In this document: positions 18,101 through 25,806 of the stretch, piece after piece
How positions within the stretch are numbered: the first letter of the stretch is position 1
How the letters are laid out: each line of letters opens with the position of its first letter
Assembly (NCBI GenBank): GCA_037147115.1
Contig: JBAWVV010000003.1
Coordinates: forward strand, 1 to 33,073
Direction: 5' to 3'
Length of the DNA: 33,073 nucleotides
DNA from: Planctomycetia bacterium
GTDB taxonomy: Bacteria > Planctomycetota > Planctomycetia > Pirellulales > UBA1268
Made by a program: the position numbers and the translations under genes
Notes under the pieces: generated by a model
The model's input: only the letters and a program-made list of their open reading frames with translations
What the model was told of the DNA's origin: nothing
The model's database searches: none

Positions 18101-18310
18101 GATCCGGCGTTCGAGGGGCGGATCCGGGGGGTTGGCCAGACGGTACTGACCGACATGCGTCACCCGTTGTTCTGGGCCGGCTACATGCTCATCGACGGCG
18201 GGATCAGCGCCCCGGTCGAAGCGGCCGCGGTGAAGGGCATCGGCGGCCGTCCGGCCGCGTTGCCGGCGGCAGGCAAGCGCGATCCGGCGGCCGTCCGGGG
18301 GGCGAAGTGA
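15110..18310 (+). CDS. Large secreted helical/TPR-like protein with a degenerate C-terminal CHAT (caspase-like) domain
   Basis: Signal peptide …AAILAVTGLLSLGVARA-Q from ATG 15110; CHAT hallmarks DELVIVPDGALWYLPFELL, GARTALVSRW, HPLFWAGYMLI. Confidence 0.85.
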   Translation: MWRVVPWQSLFRRSAAILAVTGLLSLGVARAQIVPRGAQTVPTIAFDAALAALANGDFSVALETAGRDYGAGVRAGNQRWIDSIASATAIGESQYELGNWRDSVAAYEEAIGLGTAHAEWLLAVQFPTQGPQPSPRPRVATWGRSARGTKPATFPDTMTIRQTAADPQKVLQQGGVLAAPVNVPIRPHEIMRALVIAIYRRAVILGPLAGEGNAIEGLNNALAKRPAPPNHWSQSWIDVALGTAAWSQGRLDQAVPLLERGVALGGKLDHPLTAWGLLVLGRIALARDDSIGAARWFEEATYAAAEFGDARALEEGFRMAFAAHQAAGTPGVPATVHGGCEWARGGLPALRTTLLAHEAEALAAAGNLQGARARLGEVDARFLRTDAGQGTPGAVVAHAAALTAYGAGDPTTGDAEMERALTMARPRSPRLFQTGRLVEMVMAGATTISDRQADVLFARLLGDPPPRELVIDPLATLAAMTTPRPEAHEAWMLVAARRGSDPALAAAEASARARWLDTQPVGGRRLGLERLLGPDPSGLGPDAVAGRTGLFRRHPELARLVDEDARLRTALTAALLASAGGNGGGDAGPPRRAGPPGELRDWESFAQGSARRGVLIDQLAAGREPIGLEFPPLLPPADVRGRLAPGELLLSFHWGASGLWGALESRDRVALWQVRQPAALARELTHLAKALCLFDPHVPVGTDRIIASDWRAAMVTVERLLFEQSKVTLSDGIDELVIVPDGALWYLPFELLPTGSAGEPADGDAATVEPPPLLRDVCRIRYAPTRSLAVAGRPPAPLEPPAGRGPVGIHAGRAVRGERPEAIGEAVDRLTQALERAVVLPAQPLQQHGVVVSPLLPASLCETLVVLDEINVAGEGAVGLRGLFGRPPDRGAKSGMTFNDWLASPHKRPPLVILPGVQSAMASGLTKLQSRPGEELFIAATDVLAAGARTALVSRWRMGGKSTTDLVAELVRDSDDPTAIPAASWRRAVDLVSAEEPDPAFEGRIRGVGQTVLTDMRHPLFWAGYMLIDGGISAPVEAAAVKGIGGRPAALPAAGKRDPAAVRGAK

Positions 18311-19212
18311 TGCCCCTTCCGCTGGCTGCCGACATCGCCTCGGTCGGAGGGGCGTCGAACGCTTTCCCTCCGGAGCAACTGTTGCTCCTCGCCGCCACCA
18401 CCTTCATCGCCGCAGCGGTCAACGCCGTGGCGGGGGGGGGCACGATCCTCACCTTCCCGGTCGTGGCGGCGATCCTCCCTGATGGCCCGGCCGGACTCGT
18501 CGCCGCCAACGCGACCAGCACCCTCGGCCTCTGGCCCGGCGCGATCGCCGCCGCCTGGGCGGGGCGTGCCGAGTGGGATTGCCAGCCGCGCTTGACCAGC
18601 TTGACCAGCTTGACCAGCTTGACCCGCTGGCTTCTGCCGGCGAGTGTCGGCGGGGCGATCGTCGGCGCCGCGCTGCTGCTGGCGCTGCCCTCGGCTTGGT
18701 TCGGCCGGCTCGTCCCCTGGCTCATCCTGAGTGCGGCGGTGTTGTTCACGCTCCAGCCGCACCTCGCCGCCCGCCTCGCCGCTGGCGACCAGGGGTCCAC
18801 CCCCAACGGCGAGCCGACCCGCGGGGTGTTTTTCCTCGCCTGGGGACTCCAGTTCTTGGTGGCTGTCTATGGCGGGTATTTCGGCGCCGGGATCGGCATC
18901 CTCATGCTCGCCGTCCTGGGGTGCCTCGGGGTGGGGGACATCCACCGGCTCAACGCCGTCAAGAATCTCCTTGCGACGGCGGTCAACGGCACCACGGCAG
19001 TCGTGTTCGCCTCCGCTTCGATCCTCCCGACCAGCGTCGGGGGGAGGGGCGGCATCGTCTCCTGGCCGCTGGCCCTGATGATGGCGCTGGCGTCGATCTC
19101 CGGCGCGGTGGTTGGCGTGCGATTGATGCGGCGGATGCCGGCGCCGGTGGTGCGCCGGATCGTGGCCCTCATCGGTTTCGGCCTGGCAGGCTATTATTTC
19201 CTCCGAGGCTGA
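18310..19212 (+). CDS. TauE/SafE (TSUP) family transporter
   Basis: NAVAGGGTILTFP, ANATST, YGGYFGAGIGILMLA, LNAVKN; overlaps the upstream stop. Confidence 0.92.
   Translation: MPLPLAADIASVGGASNAFPPEQLLLLAATTFIAAAVNAVAGGGTILTFPVVAAILPDGPAGLVAANATSTLGLWPGAIAAAWAGRAEWDCQPRLTSLTSLTSLTRWLLPASVGGAIVGAALLLALPSAWFGRLVPWLILSAAVLFTLQPHLAARLAAGDQGSTPNGEPTRGVFFLAWGLQFLVAVYGGYFGAGIGILMLAVLGCLGVGDIHRLNAVKNLLATAVNGTTAVVFASASILPTSVGGRGGIVSWPLALMMALASISGAVVGVRLMRRMPAPVVRRIVALIGFGLAGYYFLRG
18591..18624 (+). repeat. 9-bp in-frame tandem repeat cttgaccag x~3.8 (LTS LTS LTS LT)
   Basis: cttgaccag cttgaccag cttgaccag cttgacc. Confidence 0.92.
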
Positions 19213-19237
19213 TGTCCCAGGTCTTGCCAGGCGGTCG

Positions 19238-20113
19238 ATGCTCGTCGAAGCGGATCAACTCACGAAGCGGTATGGCCCGTTCACGGCGCTCGAGGGCTGC
19301 TCGTTGGCCGTCCGTCAGGGGGAGGTGTTCGGCCTCCTCGGCCCCAACGGCGCGGGGAAGACGACCTTCCTCCGCCTCCTTCTCGGCTTCATTCATCCCA
19401 CCTCCGGCACGGCCCGGGTGGCAGGGCACGACTGCGTTCTTGATTCGCTCGCCGTCAGGGCTGCGACCACCTATCTCCCTGGGGAGGCCCGCCTCTTTCG
19501 CCGGATGACGGGCCATCTGGTCCTCGATTTCTTCTCACAATTGCGCCGCGAATGTCGCCGTGACGAGGCCACACGCATTGCCCGGCGCCTCGATCTTGAC
19601 TGTTCGCGCCAGGTCGCGCGGATGAGCACGGGCATGCGGCAGAAACTCGCCCTGGCCGTCGTCCTCGCTACCGAGGCGACCCTCGTGATCCTCGACGAGC
19701 CGACGGCGAACCTCGACCCGACGGCCCGGGCGGTCGTCCTCGATCTCGTCCGCGAGGCGCAGGCGGCCGGTCGGACGGTGATGTTCTCTTCGCACGTCCT
19801 TTCCGAGGTCGAGGCAACCTGTGACCGCGTCGTGATCCTCCGGGCAGGGCGGGTCGTCCACGAGCAGTCGGTCGCGCAGCTCCGTCGCCATCATCGCATC
19901 ACCGCCCGGCTCGAGGGGGATTTTGGAGAGGTGCCGGCGGAACTCCGCGAGCATGTCACCGTTACCCGCGACCGCGACGGCAGGATCGTCCTCGAGACAG
20001 CCGATTCGTTGCGGCCGCTCCTCGGCTGGCTCTCGACGCTTCCTCTCGGTGAGATCCGGGTCGACCCTGTCGGGCTCGATGCCGTCTATGACCGTTTTCA
20101 TCGCCATGGGTGA
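19238..20113 (+). CDS. ABC exporter ATP-binding protein
   Basis: Walker A GPNGAGKTT, signature MSTGMRQK, Walker B VILDEP, FSSH switch. Confidence 0.95.
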   Translation: MLVEADQLTKRYGPFTALEGCSLAVRQGEVFGLLGPNGAGKTTFLRLLLGFIHPTSGTARVAGHDCVLDSLAVRAATTYLPGEARLFRRMTGHLVLDFFSQLRRECRRDEATRIARRLDLDCSRQVARMSTGMRQKLALAVVLATEATLVILDEPTANLDPTARAVVLDLVREAQAAGRTVMFSSHVLSEVEATCDRVVILRAGRVVHEQSVAQLRRHHRITARLEGDFGEVPAELREHVTVTRDRDGRIVLETADSLRPLLGWLSTLPLGEIRVDPVGLDAVYDRFHRHG

Positions 20114-20948
20114 CCGCGTGTGGAATACCGCCATCTGGCGCAAAACCTGGGGTGACCAGCGCGGGCTCGTGCTGGCGTTTGCGGCGCTTTGGGGCGTGTT
20201 CCCCTGGCTGTTCCTTTGGCTGTCGGCGCAGATTCCGATGCTGGCATTCCAGGACGTGCTCCTTCAGGCGATCCCGAAGGACTGGCAGCGGCTCTCCGGG
20301 GTGCCATTCTCCGACGTTGCGACCCACGCCGGCCGGGTGGCACTGGCCTTCGTCGATCCGGTCGTCGTGCTCGCGGCGACGGTCTGGGGGATCACCCGGG
20401 GGAGCGATGCCGTGTCGGGGCAGCTCGAACGGGGCACGATGGAGTTGCTCCTCGCGCAGCCGGTGCGGCGCCGGGCCCTGTGGGTGACACAGGCGCTGGC
20501 GACGACCGCGGCGGCGGCCTGCCTGTGCGGCGTGCTGGCCCTCTCGGTGTGCGCTGCTGTGGCCTACGGCCCGTGGGCCGGCAAGGTCGAGCCGGGTCGA
20601 TTCCTCCTCCCGGTCGCCAATGTCTTCGGCCTGATGGTCTGCCTGGCCGGGATCTCCGCCTGCGTGTCGGCGGCCGACAGCTATCGCTGGCGGACGATCG
20701 GCGTGATGTCCGGTTTTTACGTCTTCTCCCTCTTGGCGAAGCTCGTCGGCCGAATGAGCGGGGCGTTCGGCTGGGTCGGCTACCTCTCCTTTCTGAATGC
20801 CTACGAACCGCAGCGGCTGGTCGGGGACGCCGCGGCGAGCTGGACGAATCTCCTCGTCTATGACGGCATCCTCCTCGGCGTCGGGGGCGTGGCGTACGTC
20901 ATCGGCGGCGTGATCTTCTGCCGTCGCGACCTCCCCGCCCCCCTGTGA
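20106..20948 (+). CDS. ABC-2 type exporter permease
   Basis: Six TM segments, VSGQLERGTMELLLAQPVRR, C-terminal FCRRDLPAPL; start ATG 20106 or GTG 20118. Confidence 0.9.
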   Translation: MGDRVWNTAIWRKTWGDQRGLVLAFAALWGVFPWLFLWLSAQIPMLAFQDVLLQAIPKDWQRLSGVPFSDVATHAGRVALAFVDPVVVLAATVWGITRGSDAVSGQLERGTMELLLAQPVRRRALWVTQALATTAAAACLCGVLALSVCAAVAYGPWAGKVEPGRFLLPVANVFGLMVCLAGISACVSAADSYRWRTIGVMSGFYVFSLLAKLVGRMSGAFGWVGYLSFLNAYEPQRLVGDAAASWTNLLVYDGILLGVGGVAYVIGGVIFCRRDLPAPL

Positions 20949-21083
20949 TGCGCCGGCAGCGCCCGCCGCCGTTTTCCCCGTCCGCCGATCCGTCTGGCCC
21001 CAAGGGTGGGGCCCGTCGCATACTGAGGGGACAGGGGATGCCGATCTGTCCGGCCCCCATGGCCCCCTCGAGGATACGACTCG

Positions 21084-22892
21084 ATGAACGTTCTCCCGCG
21101 TGCCAGCCGTTTCCTGCCGCCGTCGTCGCAGCGTTCGGATCGCCACCGTCGCGGCCGGTGGTTCCTGGCTGCGGCATCGATCCTGCTGGACCCAGCGGCG
21201 TGCCTCCCGCTCCACGCCGATGAACCGGCCGTGGAGAGTGCCTCGGCCGCGGCGGCGGGGCAGGAGGATCTCGATGCGGCTGTCGATGCCAAGCTGGCGG
21301 CCCGGTCCCTCGATGATTTCGAGCGGGTCCTCGGGCTGGTCCGAGCCGCCCTCCGGAAAGGGCTCGAGGAGTCTTCGCGGGGGTTCGCCAACGACCTCTA
21401 CACCGGCACGCTGGTCGATCGGGCGTCGATGCTCACCGAGGCACTGTTCGACGGCGCCCCGGGGGCCCAGCAGCAATGGGAGCGGATGCGGGCTTACGCG
21501 CTGCGCGATCTCGGGGAGGTGGTGCAGCGCGACGACACGCTCGCTGCGGCGCACGTGATGATCGCCCGCCTCGAGGCGCTCCCCGGGGGGGATCGGCAGC
21601 GGGCCGTGAGCTCTGCCCGCCGCGCGGTCGACCTCAGCGGCGACGACCCGCTGCAGACGGCCCAGGCCCACGTTGTGCTGGGGAATCTCGCCGAGGATGA
21701 TCTGCCGGCTCGCCGTGCCGACTACGACAAAGCGGTCGAACTCGCCCCCCGGGATGCCGATGTCCGACGGACGCGTGGTCTGTTCCTGATGATGGAGGGA
21801 GATCAGGACGGTGCCCTGGCGGACTTCGACGTGGCGATCGAGGAGGATCCGGACGATGTCCGGATCCGTGAGATGCGCGGCCTGTCGCTGCTCATGGCGC
21901 AGCGGACCGACGACGCCCTCAAGAACTTCGACGACGCCCTCGAACTTGCCCCCGACTCCGCCGACATCCTCTTCCAACGCGGGCGGGTGTTTGCGTCGCA
22001 GGGAAACCTCGAGCGTGCGATGGCCGATCTCGATCGGGCGATCGCCACGGTCCCCGATGCGGACGAGCCCCGCGTCCTCCGGGCCCGGTTGCACCAGCAG
22101 GCTGGCAGCACTGACGACGCCCTCGCCGACATCGCGCACGTGCTCGCCCGCGACCCCGACCACCGCTCGGCCCTCGAGCTTCGCGCCCTGCTCGCAGCTG
22201 ACCGGGGGGATTATCCGTCGGCGATCGCCGACTTCCGTCGACTCGTCCGCCAGAGCCCCAACGACGCCGTCGTCGTCGGCCAACTCGGCTTCCTCTACCT
22301 CGCAGCCAAGGAACCAAGAGAGGCGATTCGCCGCTTCAATCGAGCCTTGGAGATCGATCCAGAGCAGTTTCTCGCCCGGCGCGGACGCGGGGATGCCGAA
22401 ATCTCCATCGGCGATCACGCCGCAGCGCTCGCCGACCTCGAAAAGGCCATGGAACTGCAACCGGACAACGACACGGTCCTCAACAATCTCGCTTGGGTGC
22501 TCGCCACGAGTCCGGACGATGCGGTCCGGGACGGCAAGCGGGCCATTGGGATTGCCGTGAAAGCCTGCGAATTGACCGAATGGAAGCAGCCGCACGTGAT
22601 CAGCACGCTGGCTGCGGCCCACGCCGAATCGGGGGATTTTGACGAGGCAAAGAAATACAGCCGGCAGGCCGTTGACGGGAGTGACGAGTCGTCTGAGGTC
22701 CGCGACCAGCTGAAGAGCGAACTGGCAAGCTACGAGGCGGGGAATCCGTGGCGCGAGCGGCAGTCGATGGAAGAAGGGGAAGGGCGCGGGGAGGGGGGAA
22801 GTCGCGGGCCGGAGAAAGATCCGCCGGCGAAACCGGAGCCGACGGACCCTGGCCCGAAGCCCGGCGCGCGTCGCCCCTTCGACGACGACTGA
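21084..22892 (+). CDS. Exported tetratricopeptide repeat protein
   Basis: Signal-like N-terminus ending PLHA-D; many TPRs (ALADFDVAIEEDP, AMADLDRAIATVP, ALADLEKAMELQP); NNLAWVLATSPDDAVRDG…TLAAAHAESGDF cap. Confidence 0.92.
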   Translation: MNVLPRASRFLPPSSQRSDRHRRGRWFLAAASILLDPAACLPLHADEPAVESASAAAAGQEDLDAAVDAKLAARSLDDFERVLGLVRAALRKGLEESSRGFANDLYTGTLVDRASMLTEALFDGAPGAQQQWERMRAYALRDLGEVVQRDDTLAAAHVMIARLEALPGGDRQRAVSSARRAVDLSGDDPLQTAQAHVVLGNLAEDDLPARRADYDKAVELAPRDADVRRTRGLFLMMEGDQDGALADFDVAIEEDPDDVRIREMRGLSLLMAQRTDDALKNFDDALELAPDSADILFQRGRVFASQGNLERAMADLDRAIATVPDADEPRVLRARLHQQAGSTDDALADIAHVLARDPDHRSALELRALLAADRGDYPSAIADFRRLVRQSPNDAVVVGQLGFLYLAAKEPREAIRRFNRALEIDPEQFLARRGRGDAEISIGDHAAALADLEKAMELQPDNDTVLNNLAWVLATSPDDAVRDGKRAIGIAVKACELTEWKQPHVISTLAAAHAESGDFDEAKKYSRQAVDGSDESSEVRDQLKSELASYEAGNPWRERQSMEEGEGRGEGGSRGPEKDPPAKPEPTDPGPKPGARRPFDDD

Positions 22893-22902
22893 CCCCGGTT
22901 GC

Positions 22903-23634
22903 TCAACGCCCCGGCTCCGTTGAGCCGGGCGACCGGCGGGGGGACGATTTCGCCAGCCGTTCGAGCGATTCCAGCCGGAGCGAGGCCGCCCGAGCGGCAT
23001 GGATGTTGCCGGCCCGCTGCCAGGCGCGGATCGTCAGGCCCTGGGCCAGGATCGCCACATCGTAGCGGTGATCGACCTCGGCACGCGTCGCCACGCCCGC
23101 GGCTGCGTTGGCGAGGTCGGACGCCCGCCCCGGATCGATGGCTCGCAGCGGGATCTCGAGGAGCGAGCGGTATTCGACGGCCAGGGCGTCGAAGTCGAAC
23201 TCGGCCGACGCGACCCGCACCGACCGCCCGACGACGAGGGGGCTGCCCGCGGAGATGGCCAGTTTCCTGGCCTCCTCGAGGATCACCCACTTCACCGCCG
23301 GGTCGGATTCACCGGCCGCCTCTGCCATCAGTGCTTCGGCCAGCAGGAGTGTGGCGGAGGAGGTCCGCACCCGCGCCGCCGGATTCCCGTAGCGCTGTCG
23401 AAACTCCGACCGGGCATCGACAAGGGCTCGCTGCGACGGGACGGCCCCACTTGCTTGCGACGGAGCCAGCGTTTGCATCCGTGGCCGCTCCGGGCGCGGC
23501 TCGTTCTTCCCGTCTTCGATCGAAGGCGGGTCGGCCCGGGCGCCGGGCCGACTGGAGGCATCTGGGGAGGGCAGCCACACGGTCATGCCGAGCATGGCAA
23601 GCGCGAACCGCCAGAAGGCGCAGGAGCGTTTCAA
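22903..23634 (-). CDS. Hypothetical exported alpha-helical protein
   Basis: TTG start overlaps the upstream stop (TTGA, suggests coupling); hydrophobic N-terminus; helical region LLLAEALMAEA…DPAVKWVILEEARKLA..AG…FDFDAL. Confidence 0.65.
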   Translation of the reverse strand: MKRSCAFWRFALAMLGMTVWLPSPDASSRPGARADPPSIEDGKNEPRPERPRMQTLAPSQASGAVPSQRALVDARSEFRQRYGNPAARVRTSSATLLLAEALMAEAAGESDPAVKWVILEEARKLAISAGSPLVVGRSVRVASAEFDFDALAVEYRSLLEIPLRAIDPGRASDLANAAAGVATRAEVDHRYDVAILAQGLTIRAWQRAGNIHAARAASLRLESLERLAKSSPRRSPGSTEPGR

Positions 23635-24047
23635 CGATTGCCGGGATAGAAATGGGAGGTGTTTTGGAACGTCGCACTGTGGCCGGTGGACCGGATCGTG
23701 TTGTACATCTGACCGCTGTTACCACCACCGCGTTGGATCGAGCGGACCTGCCCCTGCACACCGTTGAGTTGCCTTCCGAGGCTCACCTGCTGCTGGACCT
23801 GGGAGGCTTGAAGTTGCTGCGGCCGAACGAGATTTTGCAGCGCCCCGAGCGTGCCGCCGGTGTTGGGATTGTCCCCCTGGAAACCGAGCGCGGTGTAGGG
23901 GCTCAAGCCCCTCCGGCCGGTGTAATCGGAGAACGGCATCCGACCCTGTTGGGCCGCGGCGGTCGAAGCGAACGTGCCGACCAGAAGCAGCGCCGTCACG
24001 GGCAACGCGATCCGCCAGGCCATCGAGAACGTCTTGCGGTGGGGCAT
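23631..24047 (-). CDS. Small secreted Gln/Gly/Asn-rich protein
   Basis: RBS GGAGA 8 nt before ATG 24047; signal peptide ending STAAA-Q; motifs LSPY..L, LVRPQQ, TGHSATFQNTSHFY. Confidence 0.8.
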   Translation of the reverse strand: MPHRKTFSMAWRIALPVTALLLVGTFASTAAAQQGRMPFSDYTGRRGLSPYTALGFQGDNPNTGGTLGALQNLVRPQQLQASQVQQQVSLGRQLNGVQGQVRSIQRGGGNSGQMYNTIRSTGHSATFQNTSHFYPGNR

Positions 24048-24090
24048 GGAAGCAATCTCCGGGCAAGGGGGGATTTGGTCGGCTGAATCT

Positions 24091-24118
24091 ATTCTACGCC
24101 TGGCAGCGACGATTGCAC
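24091..24118 (-). promoter_or_regulatory. Putative sigma70-type promoter (GTGCAA-N16-TAGAAT) for the 24047 gene
   Basis: Minus-strand TAGAAT 44 nt upstream of the start codon in the wza-24047 intergenic gap. Confidence 0.4.
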
Positions 24119-24153
24119 GGTCTCGGGAGCGAGGCTCGGCGGAAAGGGGCATT

Positions 24154-25548
24154 TCAGCGAGGGAACTCGGCGTGGGGAACAGCCACCTTCGTGTCGATCC
24201 CCCAGCGTTCAGCAAGTTCGGCTCCGCGGAAGGCGAGGATCGTGTCCATGACCGTCCGCACGGCCAGTTTCGCCGCCGGCTTGTCATGGATCCAGGCGGC
24301 GAAGGCCTCACCATGGGTGGCGTAGGTGTCACGCAGCCAGATGGGGGCCTCGGTCAGCAACCAGGCCCGGAAGAGCAGCCAGTTGGGGTTTTCCTCGCCA
24401 TACACCTCGCGGGCAACCCAGCAGATACCACCGCCGAAGTTGGAACCACGCTGGAACGTGTAGACCGTCTGGGCACCGAGGAGCGTTGACCCCATGATCT
24501 GCTCGAACGGCGCGGTGACCTTCTCGATGATGTTGTTGAAGGCGATCCACGGATCCTGGGCGATGAACAGGCGGTCGCCAGGGAGGAGTTGGTAGTTGGT
24601 CGCCGTGGCGCCCCCCCTCATGATCGCGTCGATGTCGACCGGCAGAACCTGATCACAGCCGATCCCTGACGGGGCCGGCCGGGCGATCCAGATCTCCTTG
24701 CTGGAGAGCTTTGAGAGCCCGTTGATCTGAGCGATGGCGTCGAGCACGGTCTCGTTGCCGGTGACGGGAAACTTGGCGACATTGTCCCCCTGCCCCGCTC
24801 CCTCCGTGATCACATAATAGACCTTCGAGTTGTAGCTAAAGACGTCAACGCTCACGAGCGGCGCGTCGAGGAACTTGTCGAGTTGGGCCTCGATCACCTC
24901 CTTCGCCTCCGCGAGCGTCAACCCGGTAACGTAGACGCTCCCGTAGGTGCCGAGATTGACCGTGCCGTCCGGGCCGACAAGATGCTCTCCGGTCACCTGC
25001 TGCTGCCCCGCGGCCTGGGCGAGCGTGAGCGAGACCTGCGGCTCCCGCAGCACGCGCTTGAGGTGACGAAAAACGGCATCCTGGGCCTCGTCGAGCGATT
25101 TGCCACCGACGGCAACCTTCCCGTAGGAGGGGCCGAGGTCGAGGAGGCCGCCCGGTTCAACGACATAGATCCCGTTGATCGGTTGTTCGAGGAGGGTTCC
25201 CTCGACGATCACCTGGAGCGAATCGAACGACTGGATCCGGAACGGCGGCTTCGGCACGATCCGCAGCGCGTCGATGAGGAGGATGTCCGGCGGTTCGATG
25301 ACGTAGGGAGGGAGCGACACCTTCGCCAGTTCCTTCGCGGGCATCTTGGCAGGATCGCCATCGCAATTGGCAGCGAGGGTGGCCTCGTGGGACGCCGTCC
25401 GCTGGGGGCGGCCGTAGATGTTGCAGCCAACGCTCGTCAGGAGCAGCAGGGCCGCCACGAGGAGGCGCACCACACCCGTCAGGTCGGAGAGGGTGGGCTG
25501 CAGGCATCCCGCGGCGATGGGGACTTTTTGGTGGCGATTTCGGGGCAT
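24154..25548 (-). CDS. wza: Polysaccharide export lipoprotein (Wza/OPX family) with an additional C-terminal Cys-initiated domain
   Basis: RBS AAGGAG 6 nt before ATG; lipobox SVG-C; PYVIEPPDIL; two Poly_export-like repeats (VEPGGLLDLGPSYGKVAVGGKSL; VGPDGTVNLGTYGSVYVTGLTL); SLBB GNETVLDAIA; NYQLLPGDRLFI; amphipathic helix; then GGGICWVAREVYG domain. Confidence 0.9.
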   Translation of the reverse strand: MPRNRHQKVPIAAGCLQPTLSDLTGVVRLLVAALLLLTSVGCNIYGRPQRTASHEATLAANCDGDPAKMPAKELAKVSLPPYVIEPPDILLIDALRIVPKPPFRIQSFDSLQVIVEGTLLEQPINGIYVVEPGGLLDLGPSYGKVAVGGKSLDEAQDAVFRHLKRVLREPQVSLTLAQAAGQQQVTGEHLVGPDGTVNLGTYGSVYVTGLTLAEAKEVIEAQLDKFLDAPLVSVDVFSYNSKVYYVITEGAGQGDNVAKFPVTGNETVLDAIAQINGLSKLSSKEIWIARPAPSGIGCDQVLPVDIDAIMRGGATATNYQLLPGDRLFIAQDPWIAFNNIIEKVTAPFEQIMGSTLLGAQTVYTFQRGSNFGGGICWVAREVYGEENPNWLLFRAWLLTEAPIWLRDTYATHGEAFAAWIHDKPAAKLAVRTVMDTILAFRGAELAERWGIDTKVAVPHAEFPR

Positions 25549-25564
25549 GCCTCACTCCTTGCCG

Positions 25565-25652
25565 GCCGTTCACTTCGGCGTCATCGGAATCATCGGCACC
25601 CTGGCATGGCAGACTTTGCCGATTTTGCCGGTTTTGCCGCCTGTGCCGGATC
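25565..25652. repeat. Two oppositely oriented 9-bp-period arrays flanking the putative wza promoter
   Basis: Left arm ttcggcgtc atcggaatc atcggcacc (CG at 25567/76/85/94); right arm ttgccgatt ttgccggtt ttgccgcct gtgccggat (CG at 25620/29/38/47). Confidence 0.75.
25592..25618 (-). promoter_or_regulatory. Putative sigma28 (FliA/WhiG)-like promoter CAAAGTCTGCC-N10-GCCGAT for wza
   Basis: 44 nt upstream of the wza ATG; near-identical copy at 14921-14947. Confidence 0.6.
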
Positions 25653-25806
25653 GTGGCGGGGCCGGCGTCCCGGCCGAAAAGACGGCGACAGGCCTCCCCT
25701 TCCGCTCCGGCCCGTCCCGTTCATTGTTTCCCGGCTGAAATCCCCCTACCTTTTGGAGTCGCGGCAGGGTTCGCCCCGCCGGATGCCGCAGCCTCCCTGG
25801 CTTCCC

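Noticed and set aside
19962-23000. 1012-aa minus-strand ORF
   Set aside because: Antisense shadow of the ABC permease and TPR genes; no motifs; long shadow ORFs are expected at high GC.
24883-25806. N-terminal extension of the 977-aa ORF
   Set aside because: Antisense to wza and crosses its promoter region; family similarity starts only after ~25807.
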